Source: Candidatus Acidiferrales bacterium (lineage in GTDB: Bacteria; Acidobacteriota; Terriglobia; Acidiferrales; UBA7541). Taken from it: a stretch of DNA of 64,000 bases. The stretch is from assembly GCA_050012455.1 (NCBI GenBank), contig JBEKHD010000017.1:13046-77045 (forward strand). The letters are read 5' to 3'. Position 1 is the stretch's first letter. Every line of letters starts with the position of its first letter. The notes below the pieces were generated by a model. It worked only from the letters and a program-made list of their open reading frames with translations, made no database searches and was not told where the DNA came from. Shown piece after piece: positions 17,736 through 26,942 of the stretch. The position numbers and the translations under genes are program-made.

Positions 17736-19133
17736 TCAGAGGGTCTTCGAGAAAAGCGGCTTGTGGTCCATTTGCTGTTCGTGCAGATAACGGTCGAAAG
17801 CCATGGCGACATTGCGAATGAAAATACGGCCGAGTGGCGTGACGCGAATTTCGGCGGAATCGAGTACCACAAGACCCTCGTCGCGCGCTACTTCGAGGCG
17901 CTGAAGTTCGGGCGCGAAGCATTCATCGAAATTGACGGAAAATTCCTGCTCGATTTCGTGTTTGGGGATCACGGTATGGCAGAGCAGGCGGCCGATCACC
18001 GCGCGGCGCAGCAGGTCGTCCGACGACAGGCGATAGCCGCGCATAGTGGCGATGCCGCGTATGGCAATGGTTTCCTGATACGCCGGAACTTCGCGGCGAT
18101 TCTGCGCGTAGGCAGCGCCGATGGAACTGATCGCGCTGACGCCCATGCCGTAAAGGTCCGCGCCTGCTTTCGTGGTGTAGCCCTGAAAATTGCGGTGCAG
18201 CGTGCGATTTTTCTGCGCGACGGCCAGCTCATCGCCGGGACGCGCGAAGTGGTCCATGCCGATATAAAGGTAGCCAGCGCCGAGAAAACGTTCGAGGCCG
18301 GCGCGGAAGATGCGGAATTTTTCCATTCCTTCGGGCAAGTGCTCTGCAAAAGAGCCTTGCTGCTTTTTCAGCCAGGGCACGTGGGCGTAGCTGAACATGG
18401 CGACGCGATCCGGCGCGAGCGTCAAAGTCTTGTCTATTGTGTCCTTGAAGCTTTCTGCGGTTTGGTAGGGCAGGCCGTAGATCAGGTCCACGTTCAGGCT
18501 TTCGAAGCCGAGTTCGCGGGCGGCGACGATCAAATCGCGCGTCATTTCGTAGGGCTGCACGCGGTGAATCGTTTCCTGCACTTTCGGCTGGAAATCCTGA
18601 ATGCCCATGCTCAGGCGGTTGAATCCCATGCGGCGCAACGATTCCAGATGCGCGCGATTGGTGACGCGCGGATCGATTTCGATGCCGATTTCCGCATCCG
18701 GCGCGAAGGAAAAACGCTGGCGCGCGTGGCCGAAAAGGTCTTCCATCTGCGCCGGAGTGAGATAGGTGGGTGTGCCGCCGCCCCAGTGAAATTGAATCAC
18801 CGGGCGATTCTTCGAGACGCGCTGGCTGACGTGCTCGATCTCGCGTTTGAGGGCCTCGAGGTAGGGAATCGCGACGTTCTTGTTTCTTTGAATGGAAACA
18901 TTGCAGGCGCAGAAGAGACAGAGGCGCTCGCAGAAGGGAATGTGCATGTAGAGCGAAAGCGGGCTCGCGGCTTTTTCAGCGTGCGCGTAAAAACTCTCCA
19001 GATCGTCGGGGCCGAAATCGTCCTTCCAGACTGGCGCGGTGGGATAGCTGGTATAGCGCGGGCCGGGCCGATTGTATTTTTCAAGGGTGGCGTCGGTGAT
19101 TTGGGCGATCTCGAATTGGTCGGTTGGTTTCAT
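17736..19133 (-). CDS. hemN: Oxygen-independent coproporphyrinogen III oxidase (radical SAM, HemN type)
   Basis: The start is taken at MKPTDQFE (19133); the ORF track extension to 19763 overlaps hemE. PGPRYTSYPTAPVW N-terminus and radical-SAM CxxxCxxC in HIPFCERLCLFCACN. Confidence 0.9.
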   Translation of the reverse strand: MKPTDQFEIAQITDATLEKYNRPGPRYTSYPTAPVWKDDFGPDDLESFYAHAEKAASPLSLYMHIPFCERLCLFCACNVSIQRNKNVAIPYLEALKREIEHVSQRVSKNRPVIQFHWGGGTPTYLTPAQMEDLFGHARQRFSFAPDAEIGIEIDPRVTNRAHLESLRRMGFNRLSMGIQDFQPKVQETIHRVQPYEMTRDLIVAARELGFESLNVDLIYGLPYQTAESFKDTIDKTLTLAPDRVAMFSYAHVPWLKKQQGSFAEHLPEGMEKFRIFRAGLERFLGAGYLYIGMDHFARPGDELAVAQKNRTLHRNFQGYTTKAGADLYGMGVSAISSIGAAYAQNRREVPAYQETIAIRGIATMRGYRLSSDDLLRRAVIGRLLCHTVIPKHEIEQEFSVNFDECFAPELQRLEVARDEGLVVLDSAEIRVTPLGRIFIRNVAMAFDRYLHEQQMDHKPLFSKTL

Positions 19134-19159
19134 TGTTACGTTTGCTATCGCGGGTGCGA

Positions 19160-20227
19160 CTATGCGATCCCGGCGCGGGCTAAGACGCACGCTGATTGTC
19201 CGGCCTCGACGAAGGCTTTCGCGTTTTCCACCGGAGTCGTCGGCAGAATCCCGTGGCCGAGATTCAGGATGTGGCCGAGACCGCCGGTTTTCTCGACGGC
19301 GGCTTGCGCAGCCTCGCGCACAGCTTTTTCGGAGCCGAGCAGAATCGTCGGGTCCACGTTGCCCTGCAGCGCCACTTTGCGGCCGAGCTTCTGTCGCGCT
19401 TCTGCCAAATCGGTGCGCCAATCCACGCTGATTACGTCCGCGCCAGAGCTTGGCAAGCTTTCGAGCAAATGCGCCGAGCCTTTTGCGAACAGGATTTTCG
19501 GCACTTCCGGATGGCCGAGCAAATCGTACACCATTTTCGTCGCGGGCATCTCGAAGGCATCGTACTCGGCGCGGCTTAGCTCTCCAGCCCACGTATCGAA
19601 AAGCTGAATCACGGCGGCGCCGGCGGCGATCTGCGATTTCAGGTATTGCGCCGTCGCGCGGGCGATGCGTTCTAGCAACTCGCGGACCATCTGCGGCTCG
19701 CCGCGCAGCATTTCCTTCGCGCGTGAAATATCGCCGCGGGTTTGGCCTTCGATCATGTAGCAAGCGAGCGTCCAGGGAGCTGCGGCGAATCCGATTACCG
19801 GCACGTTTGGTCCGGCTTCCTTGCGAATGGCGCGGATGGCGTCACCGACGAAGCGCGTATCTCGCGATGGGTCAAAATCGCGCAGCCGTCGCACAGCGGC
19901 CAGATCGCGCACAGGATTCGAAAGGACCGGACCTGAGTCCGGCACGTCGAGCGGCAGGCCCATGGCTTCGGCGACGATCAGAATGTCTGAGAACACGATG
20001 ATGGCGTCCACGCCAAGAATGCGAAAAGGCTGCAGCGAAACTTCCGCGGCGACTTCCGGCGTTTTACAAATCTGCAGAAAAGTGTGGTTCTTGCGCACGG
20101 CCTGGTATTCCGGCAGGTAGCGGCCCGCCTGGCGCATGATCCACACCGGCACGCGTTCGACCGGCTCAAAACGGCAGGCGCGCAAAAACAGTTCTTTACG
20201 GTTTTCTACAGGAGTCATAGCTTCCAT
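19160..20227 (-). CDS. hemE: Uroporphyrinogen decarboxylase
   Basis: PVWIMRQAGRYLPEY signature. The start is taken at MEAMTPVENRK (20227, alternative 20218); the upstream part of the ORF has no homology-like features. Confidence 0.9.
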   Translation of the reverse strand: MEAMTPVENRKELFLRACRFEPVERVPVWIMRQAGRYLPEYQAVRKNHTFLQICKTPEVAAEVSLQPFRILGVDAIIVFSDILIVAEAMGLPLDVPDSGPVLSNPVRDLAAVRRLRDFDPSRDTRFVGDAIRAIRKEAGPNVPVIGFAAAPWTLACYMIEGQTRGDISRAKEMLRGEPQMVRELLERIARATAQYLKSQIAAGAAVIQLFDTWAGELSRAEYDAFEMPATKMVYDLLGHPEVPKILFAKGSAHLLESLPSSGADVISVDWRTDLAEARQKLGRKVALQGNVDPTILLGSEKAVREAAQAAVEKTGGLGHILNLGHGILPTTPVENAKAFVEAGQSACVLARAGIA

Positions 20228-20360
20228 GCAATGATAGCAGAAGGGGTAAGGGGCCGCACGCTGGCTGCGCTTAGTAGCAGGGTACTGCGACTCGCGCGCT
20301 CCGCGCCGAGGCACTTTCGGCGTTATAATTGATAGGCAATCCGGGGAGTTTTCGCCTTTC

Positions 20361-21176
20361 ATGCCAAACCACCTGGGCTACCTGAGCCTGGCACTCTACG
20401 TGGCGAGCTTTATCTGCTACGCCCGAAACTTGTATGCGCCCAATATTTGGGTGGGACGGCTGGCGTCTTTGCTGCTCGCCGGCGGAATCGGCGTGCAGTA
20501 TTTATCGCTGTATCAGCGGTCGCTGGCACTGCATAGCGTGCCTTACGATGACTTGTACGGCTCGATGTCACTGTTTGCGTGGCTGCTGGGGATCACTTAT
20601 TTAGGACTGGAATTATTTCACCGGCAGCGCTCCGTGGGAGCATTCGTAACGCTGCTGCTGGTGTGCTGGATCTCGCTCCTCGGATTGCTCACGCCGCGCT
20701 ATCTTCCTGTGCCTTCCGTGCCGCGCGGAGCTATTTTCGCACTTCACGTGACCTTGAACACCTGGGCTTATGCGGCTTTCGCGCTTTCGTTCGTGTTGAG
20801 CGTGATATATCTGGTGCAGGATCGCGTTCTGCGGTCGCGCCGGCTGAGCGTGGCGTTCTGGCGAATTCCGGCGTTGGACGTGCTGGAGCGCATGGCGCGC
20901 AGCAGCGTGTACGTTGGACTGGTGGCGCTGATTTTTGGCGTGGCGATGGGATTGACCTGGGAACATCGGTTGAGCGGCAGTTATTCGTTCGGTGATCCGA
21001 AGGTGATCGTGACGCTCGCGATTCTTGGCGTATATGCGGCGTACCTGCTGCTTTCGCGCAGCCCGAATTGGCGCGGCGCGCGCGCGGCGTTGCTTTGCGC
21101 ACTGAATTTCGTCATCGTGCTGTTCAGCTACACCTTCGTAAACCTGTATCTCACGAAGTTTCACCGGTTTCTCTGA
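20361..21176 (+). CDS. CcsA/HemX-like cytochrome c assembly family membrane protein
   Basis: 8-TM protein with the family-typical segment LHVTLNTWAYAAFALSFVLSVIYLVQ. Its stop overlaps the hemA start (TGATG). The position mirrors hemX of the Bacillus hemAXCDBL operon. Confidence 0.75.
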   Translation: MPNHLGYLSLALYVASFICYARNLYAPNIWVGRLASLLLAGGIGVQYLSLYQRSLALHSVPYDDLYGSMSLFAWLLGITYLGLELFHRQRSVGAFVTLLLVCWISLLGLLTPRYLPVPSVPRGAIFALHVTLNTWAYAAFALSFVLSVIYLVQDRVLRSRRLSVAFWRIPALDVLERMARSSVYVGLVALIFGVAMGLTWEHRLSGSYSFGDPKVIVTLAILGVYAAYLLLSRSPNWRGARAALLCALNFVIVLFSYTFVNLYLTKFHRFL

Positions 21177-22495
21177 TGCCTACTGCCACCCACCCAAACC
21201 GCGCTGGCGCTGTCCGCATTCAGGTCGCGCTTATCGGCTGCAACCATCGCACCGCGCCGGTGGAACTGCGCGAGCGGATTGCTTTCACTTCGCAGCAGGC
21301 GTTGCAGGCGGCGGATGAATTGAAGGAACGCGGAATCCTGGAAGAGGCGGTTGTGGTTTCCACCTGCAATCGCAGCGAACTGTACGGCGTGCCGGGCGAT
21401 TTCGCGCCCTCCACCGCGGAAGCGATGGAGGAGTATTTCACTTCATTCCACAGGATTCCGTACGACCAACTGAAGGGCCGTTTTTATCGCTGGGCGGGGC
21501 CAGACGCGGTGCGGCATTTATTTCGGGTAGCTTCAGGCCTGGATTCCATGCTACTGGGCGAAGCGGAAATTCTGGGCCAGCTGCGCACTGCGTACAATCA
21601 GGCGCTCGATCACGGCGCCACGGGGCCGGTGCTGAATCGGATTTTTCAGGGCGCGCTGGAAGTGGGCAAACGCGTGCGCAGCGAGACGGAAGTGGGCGCG
21701 CGGCCGATGTCCGTGGCGCTGGCAGGAGTGAAACTTGCGGAGCGTGTGTTCGGAAATTTGAAAGGGCATTCGGCGCTGATTTTGGGCGCGGGCGTGGTGG
21801 CCGAGCAGGTTGTCGAAAATATGCGCAATCGCGGTATCGGAAGTTTGCGCGTGATTAATCGCTCGTTTGATCGCGCGGCGGAATTGGCGCAGCGCGTGGG
21901 CGGCGAGGCTGTGGCGTGGGAATCGCTGGAAGCGGTGTTGGGCGTACCGGATATTATCGTTACGTCAGTCAGTGCGACGGGCCCGGTCTTGACGCGCGAG
22001 CTTCTGGAACGAGCGATCGCGGCGCGCTCTGGGAAGCCGGTGTTCGTGGTGGATTTAGGCGTGCCGCGCAACGTGGCGGAATCCGCCGCCGGACTTTACA
22101 ACTTGTATCTTTATAATATTGATGACCTGGGCGAAATCGTCGAACAGAATAAAAAAGCGCGCGAGTCGGAAATTCCGCGCGTCGAGGCGATCATTGCGGA
22201 GCACATTGATAAGTTCGAGGCGTGGCGCGGTGCGCTGGAAGCCGGGTCCATCGTAAACGACCTGCGTGAGCAATTTCACCAGCACCGTGAAATGGTGATA
22301 CGCGAGAAGCTGAAGGAAATGGACGACGTGAGCCCGCAGGAGCGAGACCGCATCGCGCGCATCACGGAGGAATTGATCGAGCGGCTGCTGGAAGAGCCGC
22401 AGCAAAAGTTGCAGCACGGCCGGGGAATGCGCGGGCGGTTGGCCGGGCTGGAGGCCATTCGTCACTTGTTCGGGCTTGAGGATCGGAATAAGTGA
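21176..22495 (+). CDS. hemA: Glutamyl-tRNA reductase
   Basis: LIGCNHRTAPVELRERIAF (catalytic Cys), an NADPH-binding domain (LILGAGVVAEQVV) and a C-terminal dimerisation helix. The start is at 21176, not the 21068 of the ORF track. Confidence 0.9.
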   Translation: MPTATHPNRAGAVRIQVALIGCNHRTAPVELRERIAFTSQQALQAADELKERGILEEAVVVSTCNRSELYGVPGDFAPSTAEAMEEYFTSFHRIPYDQLKGRFYRWAGPDAVRHLFRVASGLDSMLLGEAEILGQLRTAYNQALDHGATGPVLNRIFQGALEVGKRVRSETEVGARPMSVALAGVKLAERVFGNLKGHSALILGAGVVAEQVVENMRNRGIGSLRVINRSFDRAAELAQRVGGEAVAWESLEAVLGVPDIIVTSVSATGPVLTRELLERAIAARSGKPVFVVDLGVPRNVAESAAGLYNLYLYNIDDLGEIVEQNKKARESEIPRVEAIIAEHIDKFEAWRGALEAGSIVNDLREQFHQHREMVIREKLKEMDDVSPQERDRIARITEELIERLLEEPQQKLQHGRGMRGRLAGLEAIRHLFGLEDRNK

Positions 22496-23433
22496 AGCCG
22501 CTGCGCATCGGCACACGCGGCAGCGCGTTGGCATTGTGGCAGGCCAATCATTTCCGCGAGGCGCTGAAGCAAAGATGTGGGCTGGACGCCGAGATTGTGG
22601 TGATTAAGACCTCGGGCGATCAAAACGTTGCGGTATCCGCGCAACAAATCGGCGTAATCGGCATCTTTACCAAGGAGCTGGAAGATTCGCTGCTGGACGG
22701 CCGCGCGGATCTGGCCGTGCATAGCATGAAGGACGTGCCGACGGAGTTTTCCGAGGTTTGCCGGATCGCCACGGTTTTCAAGCGCGAAGACCCGCGCGAC
22801 GCGCTGGTTTCCTTGCGCGGCGAGACGCTGGAAAAATTGCCGCGTGGCGCGAAGATCGGCACGAGCAGCTTGCGGCGCGCGTCGCAATTGCGTTCGTTCC
22901 GGCCGGATTTTCAGATTGCGGAGCTGCGCGGCAATGTGGATACGCGCCTGCGGAAAGTCGCGGCGGGAGAATATGATGCGATCGTGCTGGCTAAGGCGGG
23001 AATCGACCGGCTGGGATTGTCGTCCCGCATTACGGAAGTTCTTGCGCCGGAGGTGATGCTGCCGGCGGTAGGGCAGGGCGCGCTGGGCGTGGAGTTCTGC
23101 GAGCCGCGCCGTGAGGAGTTCAAGGTTTTGGATTTGCTGATGGATCAGGATACGATGCGAGCGGTGAAGGCGGAGCGCGCGCTGCTCACCGAAGTACAGG
23201 GCGGCTGCCGCCTGCCCCTGGGCGCGTGGGCGCGCGTCGAAAATGGCGTCATGCTGCTGGATGCCTGCGTGCTGTCCGAGGACGGCGCGCAATCAATTCG
23301 TCGGCGCGCAGAAAAAGTTTGCAACTCCGCGGCCGATGCTGAGAATCTGGGTCGCGCAGTAGCGGCGGAATTGCTGGCGGCTGGCGCTGATCAGCTGCTG
23401 CGAATGGTGGGAAGGTCCGTTGGCCAAGCCTGA
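22492..23433 (+). CDS. hemC: Hydroxymethylbilane synthase (porphobilinogen deaminase)
   Basis: LRIGTRGSALALWQA N-terminus, DLAVHSMKDVP and GTSSLRR motifs. The GTG start overlaps the hemA stop (GTGA). Confidence 0.93.
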   Translation: MKPLRIGTRGSALALWQANHFREALKQRCGLDAEIVVIKTSGDQNVAVSAQQIGVIGIFTKELEDSLLDGRADLAVHSMKDVPTEFSEVCRIATVFKREDPRDALVSLRGETLEKLPRGAKIGTSSLRRASQLRSFRPDFQIAELRGNVDTRLRKVAAGEYDAIVLAKAGIDRLGLSSRITEVLAPEVMLPAVGQGALGVEFCEPRREEFKVLDLLMDQDTMRAVKAERALLTEVQGGCRLPLGAWARVENGVMLLDACVLSEDGAQSIRRRAEKVCNSAADAENLGRAVAAELLAAGADQLLRMVGRSVGQA

Positions 23434-24244
23434 ACATTCTTTTGGTGGTGAAAAGAACGCCGGCGAGCCTCTGGCGGGCAAGCGCATTGTGGTGACGCGC
23501 GCGGCGGAGCAATCGCAGGAGCTCGCGGACGCGCTGGAAAATCTGGGCGCTGAAGTGCTGCTGATGCCCACGGTGAGTTTTGCGCCGCCGGCAGATTCCG
23601 CCGAGCTGGACGCGGCGATGCAAAACAAGAAGGATTTCGACTGGGTTCTATTCACCAGTCAGAACGCGGTGCGATTTGTTTTTCTGCGCGCCTGTGAGTT
23701 GTCGCATGTCCAGCCTGTCCAGGCGCTGCGGCCCAAGATCGCGGCGGTGGGAGTGGCCACGGCGCAGGCAGCTCGGAATCTGGATTTGCGCGTGGATTTC
23801 GTTGCGCAGACTCAGACCGGAGAATCGCTGGCCGCGGAGCTGCGCGATCAGTTGGTGGGGAAGCGGGTGCTATTGCCGCGCAGCGATCGCGTGGACGATC
23901 GTTTGCCGGATGCTTTGCGTGAGGCGGGCGCACAGGTGAAGGAAGTGGTGGCATATCGCACGCTGCGGCCGGAATCGCTCGATCCGGAGATTCTCAGTGC
24001 CGTGCGCAAAGCGGAAGTTGCGGCCGTCGTTTTTGCCAGCCCGTCGGCATATCACAATCTGGCGGCGTTCGTTCCCGCGGCGGAATTGGTGGCGCTTTCC
24101 CAGCGCGTGGAGTTCGCAACGATCGGATCCACTACCACGCGAGCGTTGCGCGAAGCCGGCGCGCGCGTCGCGATCGAAGCGAACGATTCTTCCTCGGCAG
24201 GCCTGGCGGACGCGATTGCGAAATATTACCAGCGCCAGAAATAA
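23420..24244 (+). CDS. hemD: Uroporphyrinogen-III synthase
   Basis: [30 protein letters not shown] is a typical HemD start, and the gene has the two-lobe HEM4 length. The putative TTG start overlaps hemC by 14 nt, so the start is uncertain. Confidence 0.82.
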   Translation: MAKPEHSFGGEKNAGEPLAGKRIVVTRAAEQSQELADALENLGAEVLLMPTVSFAPPADSAELDAAMQNKKDFDWVLFTSQNAVRFVFLRACELSHVQPVQALRPKIAAVGVATAQAARNLDLRVDFVAQTQTGESLAAELRDQLVGKRVLLPRSDRVDDRLPDALREAGAQVKEVVAYRTLRPESLDPEILSAVRKAEVAAVVFASPSAYHNLAAFVPAAELVALSQRVEFATIGSTTTRALREAGARVAIEANDSSSAGLADAIAKYYQRQK

Positions 24245-24258
24245 TCAATGAGGAGCGC

Positions 24259-25236
24259 ATGACTTTTCCCATTCACCGGCCGCGGCGATTGCGGCGCAAC
24301 GAAGCGTTGCGCGGATTCGTGCGCGAAACGCGACTGAGCACGAGCGGCATGGTGTATCCGATGTTCGCCTGCCCCGGAACGAACGTGCGCAAGGAAGTCA
24401 GTTCGATGCCGGGGATCTACCAGCAATCCGTGGATCAGATTGTGGAGGAATGCCGCGAAGTTGCCGGCCTGGGAATTCCCGCCGTGATTTTGTTCGGCTT
24501 GCCGGAGCATAAGGACGAGCTGGGCAGCGAGGCCGCGGACGCGCACGGCGCAGTTCAGCGTTCGATTGAAGCAATTCGCAAAGCCAAGCTGAATTTACTG
24601 GTGATCGCCGACGTGTGCCTGTGCGAATACACCAGCCACGGGCATTGCGGCGTGATGAAAGATGGCGAGGTGCTGAACGATCCGAGCCTTGTGCTGCTGG
24701 CCGATGCGGCGCTCTCGCACGCGCGGGCCGGAGCCGATCTGGTGGCGCCGTCGGACATGATGGACGGCCGCGTCGCCGCAATCCGCCAGCGGCTCGACGA
24801 AAATAATTTCGAGGATGTGGCGATACTTTCGTACGCGGCAAAATACTGCTCCAGTTTCTACGGGCCGTTCCGCGAAGCCGCGCAGTCTACGCCGCAATTG
24901 GGCGACCGCCGCAGCTACCAGATGGATCCAGCCAACGCACGCGAAGCGTTGCGCGAAGTAGTGCAGGACCTGGAGGAGGGCGCGGACATTATTATGGTGA
25001 AGCCGGCGCTGCCTTATCTGGATGTGGTGCAACGTGTGCGCGAGCGCTTTGATGTGCCGGTGGGCGCTTATAACGTGAGCGGGGAATATTCGATGGTGAA
25101 GGCGGCGGCGCGGAACGGCTGGATTGACGAAAAGCGCGTGGTGCTGGAGATTCTGACCGGGATTCAACGCGCCGGCGCGGACATTATTCTGACGTATCAC
25201 GCGAAGGATGCAGCGCGGTGGCTGAAAGCTTGTTAA
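24259..25236 (+). CDS. hemB: Porphobilinogen synthase (delta-aminolevulinate dehydratase), Zn-type
   Basis: [13 protein letters not shown]-terminus. Cys-rich metal site [14 protein letters not shown]. Active-site lysine regions are present (VKPALPYLD). GAGGAG RBS. Confidence 0.93.
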   Translation: MTFPIHRPRRLRRNEALRGFVRETRLSTSGMVYPMFACPGTNVRKEVSSMPGIYQQSVDQIVEECREVAGLGIPAVILFGLPEHKDELGSEAADAHGAVQRSIEAIRKAKLNLLVIADVCLCEYTSHGHCGVMKDGEVLNDPSLVLLADAALSHARAGADLVAPSDMMDGRVAAIRQRLDENNFEDVAILSYAAKYCSSFYGPFREAAQSTPQLGDRRSYQMDPANAREALREVVQDLEEGADIIMVKPALPYLDVVQRVRERFDVPVGAYNVSGEYSMVKAAARNGWIDEKRVVLEILTGIQRAGADIILTYHAKDAARWLKAC

Positions 25237-25266
25237 CAGCGCTTTGAAATTGCACTCAAGGGAAAC

Positions 25267-26610
25267 ATGGCGAGCGAAACGGTAAGAAGCGCGAAGGAAA
25301 AATCGGGCGGCAGCGCGGCATCAGCGGAGGCGCGTCCGCGTTCCACGGAAATATTCGAACGCGGCAAGATGACGCTGGTTGGCGGCGTGGATAGTCCGGT
25401 GCGCGCGTTTCGCGCCGTAGGTGGCACGCCTCTGGTGATTGACTACGCGCTGGGCACGCGGCTTTTCGATGTGGATGGCCGCGAGTATCTCGATTACGTG
25501 TGCTCGTGGGGCGCGCTGATTCTCGGTCACGCGCATCCGGACGTGGTTGCGGCTGTTTCCGATCAGGCCGGGCGCGGCACTAGCTACGGAATGACCTCGC
25601 CGCTCGAAATTGAGCTGGGCGAAAAAATCACGCGCGCCGTTCCGTCTGTGGAGATGGTGCGATTCGTGAGCTCCGGGACCGAAGCGGCGATGTCCGCCGT
25701 GCGCCTGGCGCGCGCGTTCACCGAACGCGACCTGGTAATCAAGTTCGAAGGCTGCTACCACGGCCACTCCGACGGATTTCTTTCCGAAGCTGGCTCGGGC
25801 CTGGCTACGCTGGGTATTGCCGCTTGTCCGGGTGTGCCGGAAGCTTTCGCGCGACTGACGCTGAACACTCCTTACAACGACCTCGCTGGCGTCGAGAATC
25901 TTTTTCGGCAACACGCGGGGAAGATCGCGGCGATCATCGTGGAACCGGTAGCCGCGAATATGGGAGTCGTTGAGCCCGCGCCGGGATTTCTGCAAGGACT
26001 GCGCGAAATCACAAAGAGGGAAGGTGCGCTGCTGATTTTTGACGAGGTGATTACCGGGTTCCGCATGTCCTATGCCGGTGCGCAGGGCGTGTATGGGATT
26101 GATCCGGATCTTACGGTGATGGGGAAAATCATCGGCGGCGGTTTGCCGGTGGCGGCCTACGGAGGCAAGCGCCACATCATGGAACGGGTGGCGCCGCTGG
26201 GGCCGGTCTATCAGGCCGGCACGCTTTCAGGGAATCCGCTGGCGATGCGCGCGGGACTGGCAACGCTGCCGAAACTGGAAGCGCCGGGATTTTACGAAGG
26301 CGTGAATCGCAAAACGCAGCGGCTGGCGGAGGGCTTGCGCAACGCGCTGAAGGAGGCGCGGGTCCCAGGACACGTGAACGTCGCGGGTTCACTCTTGACT
26401 CTATTTTTCTGCGAGCAGCCCGTGCGCAACTACGACGACGCGAAGAAATCCGACACTGCGAAGTTCGGGAGATTCTTTCAGGAAATGCTCGAGCGCGGAA
26501 TATTTTTGCCGCCGTCGCAATACGAGGCGCTGTTCGTCTCTGCCGCGCACAGCGACGCGGATATTGACCGCACGATCGCTGCTGCGCGGGAAAGTCTGGC
26601 TGCGCTTTAA
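25267..26610 (+). CDS. hemL: Glutamate-1-semialdehyde 2,1-aminomutase
   Basis: LVGGVDSPVRAFRAVGG, VSSGTEA and LLIFDEVITGFR..MGKIIGGGLP (PLP lysine) are classical HemL motifs. Confidence 0.93.
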   Translation: MASETVRSAKEKSGGSAASAEARPRSTEIFERGKMTLVGGVDSPVRAFRAVGGTPLVIDYALGTRLFDVDGREYLDYVCSWGALILGHAHPDVVAAVSDQAGRGTSYGMTSPLEIELGEKITRAVPSVEMVRFVSSGTEAAMSAVRLARAFTERDLVIKFEGCYHGHSDGFLSEAGSGLATLGIAACPGVPEAFARLTLNTPYNDLAGVENLFRQHAGKIAAIIVEPVAANMGVVEPAPGFLQGLREITKREGALLIFDEVITGFRMSYAGAQGVYGIDPDLTVMGKIIGGGLPVAAYGGKRHIMERVAPLGPVYQAGTLSGNPLAMRAGLATLPKLEAPGFYEGVNRKTQRLAEGLRNALKEARVPGHVNVAGSLLTLFFCEQPVRNYDDAKKSDTAKFGRFFQEMLERGIFLPPSQYEALFVSAAHSDADIDRTIAAARESLAAL

Positions 26611-26942
26611 CCGTCCGCCCGGCCCTTCAATCCGAATTTCACCCGTTCAAGGCGCTGCCCGATGTCGCCCAGTGGGATCCTGTAAACGCCGCTTCGAAGG
26701 CGGCCAATAGCGAAAGTCCCGCGAAGCGCACGGCGATAGGTTTCGGCGATTCAGACAGTTAGCAGGGTAACGGCAGTACTGGTCTACGGAAACGGATTTC
26801 CTTTCCACGCCTGTTATCCGATGGTCGCGTCGTGTCACATTCATTCTAAGTTGCTGTAAATGAATCGGATAGGCGGCTAGCGCTGGTTGGTCCCGCCCGT
26901 GCAATCCACTACTGCGTTAGGCGATTCCAGGAGCCCCCTTCC

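Noticed and set aside
17283-19607. A 774-aa ORF on the + strand, the longest non-annotated ORF in the window. Similar long shadow ORFs occur at 1199..2086(-), 2473..3612(-), 8323..8856(+), 13265..13936(+), 22462..23292(-), 25321..26175(-), 35368..36378(-), 38380..39024(-), 42970..44055(-), 43997..44812(-), 46138..46878(-) and 48170..48940(-).
   Set aside because: Each lies antisense to a gene with unmistakable family motifs (hemN/hemY, mcp, cheB, hemC, hemL, ALDH, gabT, kinase and others). Their translations are Arg/Ala/Gly/His-rich low-complexity strings, as expected from stop-codon depletion on the opposite strand of high-GC genes. None has an RBS or a recognisable domain.
19134-19763. N-terminal extensions offered by the ORF track: hemN to 19763, hemE to 20362, hemA from 21068, ALDH from 45223, AraC from 58562, potB to 31081, C1 protease from 5777, TPR to 15776, aminotransferase from 39548, OMP from 34210.
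   Set aside because: The extensions overlap the neighbouring genes, have junk-like Arg/Pro-rich composition, and lie upstream of internal starts that have Shine-Dalgarno sequences and coincide with the family-typical N-termini.
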